This document shows, piece by piece, positions 16,001 through 22,686 of a stretch of DNA of 24,022 bases. Under the pieces are notes generated by a model, which did no database searches, was not told where the DNA came from, and worked only from the letters and a program-made list of their open reading frames with translations. The first letter of the stretch is position 1. The number at the start of each line of letters is the position of its first letter. Source of the stretch: a virus (lineage: Duplodnaviria > Caudoviricetes); the IMG/VR virus record IMGVR_UViG_3300006118_000487, positions 1 through 24,022 of that record; one strand, given 5' to 3'. The position numbers were made by a program, and so were the translations under genes.

Positions 16001-16827
16001 TTTGGATCTGTACCGTGGCGGGAACTCCGGGGACGTGGGTGTCGGTCGCCCCATCGCAGGTGCAAACCAACTTCTACGTCACCGCAGGCGCTTACAGCGG
16101 CACAACGCCAACGTGGGCCAAGACAGCGGAGATCATCGTCGTCGGTGGTGGCGGTGGCGGAGGAGGTTCAGTAGTCTCGACAGCCGCCGGAGGTGGTGGT
16201 GGAGGAGGCGGCGCTGGCGTGGTCCTGTCTCGGGTCGTCCCCGTCCTCGCCAACACGGCCTACTCGGGCGTCGTCGGAGCGGGCGGTGGTGGCGGCGCAG
16301 CCGGTGCAAACGGTTCTGGAGGCACCGCTTCAACGTTCGTTCACAACAGTCAGACTTACTCGGCATTGGGTGGCGCTTACGGCTCTGTGGGCGTGTCGGG
16401 TGGCATCGGCGCCGGTGGGCTTTACGGCACCGCCGGTCCTAGCGGTTACGTTTCCCTCACAATGGGTTCAGGTGGCCTTGGCGGTTCAAGCACAACGGCC
16501 TCAAGCACCGTCGGCCCTATCCCATTTGGCGCCTCAGGCGGCGCAGGCGGCTACCCCTCAAGCGGCGCAGGCGCCACGGGAGGCAAAGGCGGAGCCGGTG
16601 GCGCTTCAACCGGAGGGGCCGTAACTGGCGGCGCTAACACCGGCTTTGCCGATGGAACCGTCGGGTCCGATGGTGAATCATCCGTCTACAGCTCGGGAGC
16701 ATCGGCGCTCACCAAGCCAGGCGGCGGCGGCGGCGGTGGTGGTGGTGCAGCCGGCACGTCTGGAGCCGCCAAGGCCGGCGGCGCAGGTGGCACCGGCTCG
16801 GTGACGATCATCTTCCGAGCTGCATAA
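13054..16827 (+). CDS. Tailspike / tail fibre, 1257 aa (beta-helix-like centre, Gly-rich C-terminal domain)
   Basis: N-terminal anchor module, then fibre repeats (VTTFNTRSGAVTL; AHASTH..GSDP; LNVGTTTGTVAAGDDSRI; NNLSDLASTSTARTNLGLG). LNVLDYG...VYFPAGGY marks entry to a pectate-lyase-3-like fold. Then a WICTVAGTPGTW motif and a VVGGGGGGG...GAGGTGSVTI Gly-rich domain. Confidence 0.85.
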   Translation: MARLRFDAVKGALDAALDTGTTTISSPGLARLGAVASPNVALICLYGVDPNGNITSSENVYVTAHTAGSTFATITRAGDGTTAGQWVVGSQWTHGFGVADVADIEANSTSGVTTFNTRSGAVTLTKSDVTGTGLTYTDVGADASGAAASAQSAAQTYSDRYAGSAAGTSGRPLAATDASVTNPRTPTAHASTHGVVGSDPVAIASSQVSGLGGAAALNVGTTTGTVAAGDDSRITGAAQTANNLSDLASTSTARTNLGLGSSAITSSSVLNVLDYGVVNDAYLGAGGTLSSSTWTDSAAPFTSASVGKSIWIEQTNGVWFRTTIATYISSTQVTITATPATVDFQGVYIFGTDNSTALTSLWSTATTLANSGQAKPVYFPAGGYLFNTGILSRTTLAQSAIQILGGGLQQTTFYPINVSATPGACVTTSMTDTAYWYSGPVNISTPKIAPVLDFAINGNLTGTGDIGIDHGPGIGGIYRVYVANFDQVPDTTYPTSGNAGGRGWRIRNLIVSGTTRYTEQTKFLAGAGVDKCFVGVEIDAATGTNSFEGTNFENFQVRITEPGARAFMVRGSGTVSALLYHSTINANGVVGPGCSSEGGTFFRSKMTTALTTGLKLAATTASPPTYTANQQITVNLASNTLVSISAGTTILIGGVYFTSPSYQAVGSSSINLIAPNASGTVGASTNVLIPYGFSGCPAIIGITSGSVSGTVTSLPTSAGTNWRVQDGQIVNLVNPTTISATTTSSSNIVTLASGNTATVWQGCSVLIPGAGPSGGPLLTNVTKVLSSTTFQTQTSASVAVSGASGTVNVQQAFMVYGNNASAATAINTYSVTANATFASGSFVELPPVGIVVGTPRPGVSNTTTDASRLVGSVVNWQMENSGAQATSILAFVSPSASMQYSGWVGSSLINYPIVQAYGTFQTTAGTLAAGATAGLTNASSGIGIKGNATTPYDVFIPGGTASGAPSSGTHNLFEIVPDATGVLWICTVAGTPGTWVSVAPSQVQTNFYVTAGAYSGTTPTWAKTAEIIVVGGGGGGGGSVVSTAAGGGGGGGGAGVVLSRVVPVLANTAYSGVVGAGGGGGAAGANGSGGTASTFVHNSQTYSALGGAYGSVGVSGGIGAGGLYGTAGPSGYVSLTMGSGGLGGSSTTASSTVGPIPFGASGGAGGYPSSGAGATGGKGGAGGASTGGAVTGGANTGFADGTVGSDGESSVYSSGASALTKPGGGGGGGGGAAGTSGAAKAGGAGGTGSVTIIFRAA

Positions 16828-17342
16828 TGTACGGCACCGCCTATGCCGTAGGTGCGTATGATGCTGATGTCACTGTTGGGCTAAAGCCATACTTCACCCC
16901 ACCCACGGTCAAAGACATTGCACCCTACCTTCCCGATTCAAGCGGTCTACAGGTGCGTTTGTTCCGCCACTACGCAACCAGGTATCGAGGGGTCAACGTC
17001 TACCTTCTCTCGGACGGGACGTTTGTGCAGGACACCGCCACCCCCGAGAACGCAAACAGTGGCTACCCCCTGCCGTGGATCTTGAACAACGACCCAACAA
17101 AGATTGGTTGGAACCCTCCGTCATACGTCAACGGTCAGATTGTCTATGGGCCAGAAGTTAGTTGGCCCACGGGTGCGCTTCCCAACACCTACTCAACGGT
17201 GTACAACATTGACGGAACCGTTACGACAACTGCACTGTCCCCGTACATTGCTAAGATATACGAGGGTGGTCATCGCCACCCCCTTACCAACGATGAGGCT
17301 GCTGCACTCACCGCAGCCGGTTACTACGTGGAGTACGTCTGA
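16827..17342 (+). CDS. Hypothetical virion-associated protein (171 aa)
   Basis: Coupled at both ends. FTPPTV...RLFRHY...RGVNV motif and C-terminal YEGGH..LTNDEAAALTAAGY. Confidence 0.7.
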   Translation: MYGTAYAVGAYDADVTVGLKPYFTPPTVKDIAPYLPDSSGLQVRLFRHYATRYRGVNVYLLSDGTFVQDTATPENANSGYPLPWILNNDPTKIGWNPPSYVNGQIVYGPEVSWPTGALPNTYSTVYNIDGTVTTTALSPYIAKIYEGGHRHPLTNDEAAALTAAGYYVEYV

Positions 17343-17590
17343 TGCCATACCGTGAACTTGCTGGCGTGCTGAATCAGCTTGCCGGGACCACCAACCTAGA
17401 GACCGCTGGGGCTGCCAACGCCTATGCAGGCACGACCAACCTTGAGCTGGTCCACGCCCTCAACGTCAAGGCAGGGATCACTGTTCCCCCATTCCTTGAG
17501 TTTGCTGGTGCGTGCAACAGCATCGCCGGCACCAATGGACTTGGTGGGGTAGAGGCACTGAACGTCAAGGCTGGGAACACCCTGCCATGA
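17342..17590 (+). CDS. Small repeat protein (82 aa, N-x-x-AGT repeats)
   Basis: Coupled at both ends. Internal repeats LNQLAGTTNLE / ANAYAGTTNLE / LNVKAG / CNSIAGTNGL / LNVKAG. Confidence 0.75.
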   Translation: MPYRELAGVLNQLAGTTNLETAGAANAYAGTTNLELVHALNVKAGITVPPFLEFAGACNSIAGTNGLGGVEALNVKAGNTLP

Positions 17591-17901
17591 TGGAGCACGA
17601 CTGCCCTGGTGAGACCTGCTGGTATTGCAAGGTCGCCTCTGTTTCATTTTCGGCCTCGTCTATGCCCACACGAAACAACTCGGTTGCCGAGACGAACCGT
17701 GCCGAGAAGCAGTTGACCAAGGACCGTGACGCTTTCAAGGCGATGCGTGAGCAGGGCATCCAGCCTGCTCGACTCAAGGGCGCTGCCGAGTTGCAGGACA
17801 AAGCCCACACCAAGCACGAGATTGAGACTGGCAAGCTTCTTGGGAACAAGGGTCTTGCCTCCAAGGTGGAAACCACCGTCAAGGAACTTGCCAAGCGGTG
17901 A
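17587..17901 (+). CDS. Hypothetical protein (about 104 aa) with N-terminal H/C cluster
   Basis: Start placed at ATG17587 (or 17590), overlapping the upstream TGA, rather than 17512. HDCPGETCWYC motif and a helical DAFKAMREQGIQP segment. Confidence 0.7.
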   Translation: MMEHDCPGETCWYCKVASVSFSASSMPTRNNSVAETNRAEKQLTKDRDAFKAMREQGIQPARLKGAAELQDKAHTKHEIETGKLLGNKGLASKVETTVKELAKR

Positions 17902-19091
17902 GGCTGCAAATCTACGGAGACAGGATTGGTTGGACCGGATACGGTCGGATGGTCCATGAGATCCGTGCTGCCCTAGAACGGGCGGGCGTTGAAGTGGTGG
18001 ACTACGAACGGGATTGTAAAGATCCGATCCTGTTCACCTGCCCCCCTCAGCGCCCCGAGGGTTGGTGGGAGGGACAGTCTGTTTCCCTGCTGACGATGTG
18101 GGAATCCACTGAGCTTGCGATGGATCACCTTACTGCCGTTCCCTTGTTTGATCGAGTCCTGGTTCCCTCGGAGCAGAACTTGTCAATGTTCTCTCGGATC
18201 AACCCAAACACGACAAAGTTCACGCTTGGCTGCGACTACGACCTGTGGAGCATAACGCCGCACGTTATGTCGGACCCTTTTACTGTCATCACGGCTGGCA
18301 GGGGTGGCCGGCGCAAGGGCATTGACATCTCGATCAAGGTGTTCCGTAGGTTCTCTGACTACATTGTGCGAAAGGGATACCCTCGCCCGAGGCTTATCAT
18401 CAAGTCTCCCGTCAACCTCTCCAAGAAGTACGATGACATCATCGTCGTGGACGAGGTGCTGTCCGAGGAGGACGAGAAGAAGCTCTACGACTCCGCCCAT
18501 GTCTACCTCGGGCTGAGCAGGGGTGAGGGATGGGGGATGATCCCGCATCAGACCATCGCCTCTGGCAAGCCCACCATCCTTACCGATGCTCACGGACATG
18601 CTGAGTTTGCCAAGTACGGACTTGGAATCGGGTGGCGTGAAGTCAAAGCCGAGACCGAGATCGTTGGCAGATCAGGCAACTGGTGGGAGCCGAGCGAGGA
18701 CCAGGCTTTTGACACCCTTATTGCCGTGTTTGAGAACTACGGTCACTATGCAGCCCTCGCCCTCAAGAATGCCGAGAAGATTCGTGAGTTCACTTGGGAC
18801 CGCACGGCTCAGGAGATTCTGCGGGCGTTGCCGAAACAGGGAAAGGTGACGGACAAGTGGTTCGTCTGCCCGCAGACCTACCTCAGCCTCAGGGTCACGA
18901 AGCCCATTGACTGCAACATCGGGGACAGGTCTCATTCATTCGTTCCCAATAAAGAGTACAATGTAACAGCAGACGTAAAGCGGGTTCTCTACGACGCTGG
19001 GTACGTTGACCCCTCTTGCGTTGACCCGTTTGAGAAGGCGATTTACGAGAAGCCCCGCCCCCAAAGCATTGACGAAGGATTCGCAGCATGA
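17898..19091 (+). CDS. Glycosyltransferase, GT-B fold, family 4-like (397 aa)
   Basis: N-terminal TGYGR loop, TMWEST, LVPS, RKGID, and the nucleotide-sugar-binding signature SRGEGWGMIPHQTIASGKPTILT. FTWDRTA closes the fold. GTGA and ATGA overlaps at both ends. Confidence 0.88.
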   Translation: MRLQIYGDRIGWTGYGRMVHEIRAALERAGVEVVDYERDCKDPILFTCPPQRPEGWWEGQSVSLLTMWESTELAMDHLTAVPLFDRVLVPSEQNLSMFSRINPNTTKFTLGCDYDLWSITPHVMSDPFTVITAGRGGRRKGIDISIKVFRRFSDYIVRKGYPRPRLIIKSPVNLSKKYDDIIVVDEVLSEEDEKKLYDSAHVYLGLSRGEGWGMIPHQTIASGKPTILTDAHGHAEFAKYGLGIGWREVKAETEIVGRSGNWWEPSEDQAFDTLIAVFENYGHYAALALKNAEKIREFTWDRTAQEILRALPKQGKVTDKWFVCPQTYLSLRVTKPIDCNIGDRSHSFVPNKEYNVTADVKRVLYDAGYVDPSCVDPFEKAIYEKPRPQSIDEGFAA

Positions 19092-20059
19092 CCACCTCAT
19101 TCAACGATTGGATCGAGAAGGTCTGGCGTCGTGTCTACTCAGGCTCCGCAGATGCCACGGTGCAGCTTGGTTTGTACAACTCCTCAACGAACACCTGGTC
19201 CGGTGGCATCTCCTCCTCTGACATCACCTTCTCCGTCACCCCCCCATCGGGCAGCAACCCCTCCACTGTCCCGACCAACGCTCTGCGGGTGGGTGCGGTT
19301 CTTTCGATTGACCTTGAAGTCATGTACGTCACGGGCTACAACAACACCTCCAACTCGGTGACTGTGGTTCGTGGGTACGAGGGTTCCGTTGCTGCTGCGC
19401 ACACGGGCGGAACGCTTGTCTACATCCAGCCGGTGTACACCAAGTTCGATGTCGGCGTGGCGCTGAATGACGAACTCCTCCGCCTGTCCTCCCCCGGCAA
19501 CGGTCTGTTCAAGGTGGGCGTGGAGACGATCACCTACAACCCCGTCTACATGGGCTACGACCTTGCTGGCATCCCGACGAACTTCATCGACGTGATGGAG
19601 ATTCGCCACAAGATCCCGTACCCGACGAGGAACTACCCAAGCATCAAGAAGTGGAAGGTGCTCCGTTCCATCCCCGACGCCGGTGTGTTCCCCTCGGGCG
19701 CAGGCATCGTCGTCTACGAGTCGGGCTACCCTGGTATGCCGATGTACGTTCAGTACAGCGCCCCGTTCACCACGGTTGATCCGGCTGCATGGGCGAGCAC
19801 GTCCGATGTGGCTGCTGCTACGGGGATGACTGCGACAATGGTGGACATCCCGCCCCTCGGCGCTGAGATCCAGCTCACCCTGCCCCGTGAGATCCGCAGG
19901 AACTTTATGAACAGCCAGCCCGATCCTCGCAAGGCCCCCGAGGTTCCTGCCGGCTCCATCTCCAACTCTGTACAGGCTTTGATGATGACGTACAACTCAC
20001 GCATCAGTGAGGAAGCAGATCGTCTCATGCGCCAGTACACCCGAGTCGAGGGTTGGTAG
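19088..20059 (+). CDS. Putative head-tail adaptor / tail tubular protein A-like (323 aa)
   Basis: N-terminal helix (FNDWIEKVWRRV), an inserted beta module (VVRGYEGS..H), ALNDEL helix and C-terminal helix (YNSRISEEADRL). Sits just before the large beta-rich tail protein, as in podovirus adaptor-nozzle pairs. Confidence 0.6.
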   Translation: MTTSFNDWIEKVWRRVYSGSADATVQLGLYNSSTNTWSGGISSSDITFSVTPPSGSNPSTVPTNALRVGAVLSIDLEVMYVTGYNNTSNSVTVVRGYEGSVAAAHTGGTLVYIQPVYTKFDVGVALNDELLRLSSPGNGLFKVGVETITYNPVYMGYDLAGIPTNFIDVMEIRHKIPYPTRNYPSIKKWKVLRSIPDAGVFPSGAGIVVYESGYPGMPMYVQYSAPFTTVDPAAWASTSDVAAATGMTATMVDIPPLGAEIQLTLPREIRRNFMNSQPDPRKAPEVPAGSISNSVQALMMTYNSRISEEADRLMRQYTRVEGW

Positions 20060-22674
20060 TGGCCGCTCTCACCCCCACGCACTCTTACACCCTCCCCTAC
20101 CGGAGTCGTTCGGGTACTGTCGCCGGCACAGAGTTGCTTCGCTTTGGCGAGGAGATCCCCACCCCGTCCGTTGCTGTCTCTATTCCCCCTACAGGTGGAT
20201 TCCCTGTCAGCATTGACGGTCGGAACTACATGGTGGATACGTCCTTTGAGCCGTACCGCCGTGAAGCGTTCAAGCACAAGTCCATCCCACCGCAGCGTCA
20301 GTCGCTCCACTTTACCAACAACCCCGACGATGGCACCATCTCCACCGAGGGACTGTGGCGGCGTGAGACGCGGGACTGGTCGCTCGGTGCGGGACAGATT
20401 TACTTTGACCGCAAGAAGTCCGATGAGGCTCGCTTCTACCGCAGCAAGGGTGTTGACCCCTGGACCCAGTGGCAGCTTCAACTCCTCCCTGACACCAAGG
20501 TTCAGTACACCGCCGCCAACAGCACCAATGTTGTCAAGGCTATTCGAGTCGGCAACTATGTCTACTGGCAGGACGGCAACACAATCCGCTTTACTTCCTA
20601 CTGGCCGAACCAGATCGGCATTACTCAGTCCGTTGGACCTGTCGGTAGTGGCACTACGACGTTCAGCGTCAAGTCCACCGCTGGTTGGCCCGCTAGTGGA
20701 TCACTGTTCTACATCATCATTGACTCCGAAGTCATGTTGGTCAGTTCGTGGTCGTACAACTCCGGCTTGGGATATTACGACATCACGGTCGTTCGAGGAC
20801 AACAGAACACCGGCGTTGTAGGTCACACCAACACCACCGTCACTCCCTACACGGCACTTGCCACGGGAATCACGGGGACGATCCTTGACTTTGTTACCGA
20901 TGGATATAACGTATGGGTGCTGACCACCGCTGGTTTGTTCAACACCATCGTTGGCAACACTGACGGTTGCGCCAAGCTCACCTCTTGGACTCTCACTCCC
21001 CTCGTCGGGACTTCGCTTACGGGGGTGCTTGCATGGGCTGGCGGGCGTCTCATCATGGCGCTCAACAACATCCAGTCCCTCGGTTCAAGCAGCGTTATGA
21101 CCGTCCCCACGGGTTCGAGCGTCTTTGACCTGACCAGTGCAAAGCAGGGAACTGCCGTGGCGAAGATTGTTGGTTACTTGGCTGCCAACATCAACTCGTC
21201 TCAGACTTCAATCACGGTTGACTATTTGCAGTCAGCACTTGGCACTGGTGCTTATGTGCAGATTGAAGGCGAGATCATCAAGGTCGGTTCTTCTCCAAAC
21301 ATGGGCGCTACCTCTCTCGGCACCGTCACCCGTGGTCAGCTCTCCACCATCGCTGCCGCCCACAACGCAGGCACCCCGATCTACAGCATCAACAGCACCA
21401 GCGCCGCTGTTCCCAACTTTGCAGGCGTCCAACCCGTAGAAGCGGGCTTGCTCTACACCCACCCGAACCTACAGTGGAAGTGGACGGGCATCGCAGGTGG
21501 TTCGTCACAGATTTACTTTGCGGGCCACCCTGACGACACCGAAGATCCTGGTCTTGTCTACCGCAGCACGTTGACCTCTGGCACGGCATCTTCCACCACG
21601 GCAGTAGCCGTTTCAGGTGGGTTGACCATTCCTGTTGTCGCCCTTCCAATGCCCGCAGGCGAGTACCCCACGGCTATTCGTAACTACTTGAACTACATCT
21701 TCGTGGGTACAAATAAGGGAATCCGAATGTGCGAAACCCTGAACGCACTCGATCCCACGGGCAACACGGGCGATCTCAAGTCGGGACCGCTGATCCCCAA
21801 TATCACTCAGCCTGTCTCCTCCCCCGTCACCGCCATCATGGGCTACGACAGGTACGTCTACTTCGCCTGGAACAACTACGACTCCACCTCCTCGGGCTTG
21901 GGTCGCATGGACCTGACGAGCTTCATCGACACGCAAGCTCCTGCCTACGCTTCTGACCTGATGATCTCGGGGCAGGGGACCGTGACGTGGTTGGACTTCG
22001 ACCCCATCAACAACAGCCCCCTAATCTCCTTTGACCCGATCTCGGGGAACGCCGCCATCTACACCGCCGACCTTGACAACTGCGTTGAGGAAGGGCAGGT
22101 GGACTCCGGCCTCATCACCTACGGCATCCCCGATTTCAAGAACGCTGTCAGCATTGACGCCAACATTGAAAACATCAGTGGTTCCACCAGTTCCTCGGTA
22201 GCGTTTGAGGTTGCGGTGGACAATGGTGCCGCCTTGAGCATTGGTTCCTACTCCGGCCTTGCTGCCAAGACCACGCTTCCGTTCCCCACCCAACAGTTCG
22301 GTGAGCAGTACCGCATCTACACGGACCTCTACCCCGCCACCGATGCCAATGGTAACTATGTCTCCCCGACGCTCAACCGTTGGACCTTGAAGGCCCTGCC
22401 TGGTATCCCATCTGGTATCACCATCATGGCTGTCCTGCTGTTCTACGAGCCGTTTGACATGGACGGAACGATGGTCTACCAAGATCCCTACGTTGAGTAC
22501 AAGTACCTAGAGCTGTTGCGTCAGCAGCAGAAGGTAGTCACCTACGTTGAGGGTTCGTGGTCAGCGTCCGTCACGGTGGACCTCATTGAATGGCTCCCCG
22601 AGCGCCGACGCCCCACGGTTCAAGGTGGCTACCACGGCGACCTTGTTGTTACTCTCAAGACCATTACCGGATGA
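20059..22674 (+). CDS. Putative tail nozzle / tail tubular protein B-like (about 871 aa, beta-propeller-like)
   Basis: GTG start overlapping the upstream TAG (TTG20053 is an alternative). DWSLGAGQ..FD...RFYRSKGVDPW motif and repeated blade-like strands (YVYW, YNVWV, QIYFA, YIFVGT, YVYFAW). Confidence 0.65.
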   Translation: MAALTPTHSYTLPYRSRSGTVAGTELLRFGEEIPTPSVAVSIPPTGGFPVSIDGRNYMVDTSFEPYRREAFKHKSIPPQRQSLHFTNNPDDGTISTEGLWRRETRDWSLGAGQIYFDRKKSDEARFYRSKGVDPWTQWQLQLLPDTKVQYTAANSTNVVKAIRVGNYVYWQDGNTIRFTSYWPNQIGITQSVGPVGSGTTTFSVKSTAGWPASGSLFYIIIDSEVMLVSSWSYNSGLGYYDITVVRGQQNTGVVGHTNTTVTPYTALATGITGTILDFVTDGYNVWVLTTAGLFNTIVGNTDGCAKLTSWTLTPLVGTSLTGVLAWAGGRLIMALNNIQSLGSSSVMTVPTGSSVFDLTSAKQGTAVAKIVGYLAANINSSQTSITVDYLQSALGTGAYVQIEGEIIKVGSSPNMGATSLGTVTRGQLSTIAAAHNAGTPIYSINSTSAAVPNFAGVQPVEAGLLYTHPNLQWKWTGIAGGSSQIYFAGHPDDTEDPGLVYRSTLTSGTASSTTAVAVSGGLTIPVVALPMPAGEYPTAIRNYLNYIFVGTNKGIRMCETLNALDPTGNTGDLKSGPLIPNITQPVSSPVTAIMGYDRYVYFAWNNYDSTSSGLGRMDLTSFIDTQAPAYASDLMISGQGTVTWLDFDPINNSPLISFDPISGNAAIYTADLDNCVEEGQVDSGLITYGIPDFKNAVSIDANIENISGSTSSSVAFEVAVDNGAALSIGSYSGLAAKTTLPFPTQQFGEQYRIYTDLYPATDANGNYVSPTLNRWTLKALPGIPSGITIMAVLLFYEPFDMDGTMVYQDPYVEYKYLELLRQQQKVVTYVEGSWSASVTVDLIEWLPERRRPTVQGGYHGDLVVTLKTITG

Positions 22675-22686
22675 TAGGATAGTTTG

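Noticed and set aside
16140-16800. GGC/GGT runs as a CRISPR array or DNA-level repeat element
   Set aside because: These are poly-Gly codons of the Gly-rich tail domain; there is no constant repeat-spacer pattern.
17512-17586. Upstream extension of the 129-aa ORF in the track
   Set aside because: It overlaps the 82-aa gene out of frame; the coupled ATG at 17587/17590 is more plausible.
19750-20481. 243-aa minus-strand ORF across the adaptor/nozzle junction
   Set aside because: Antisense to two well-supported genes, with no recognisable features.
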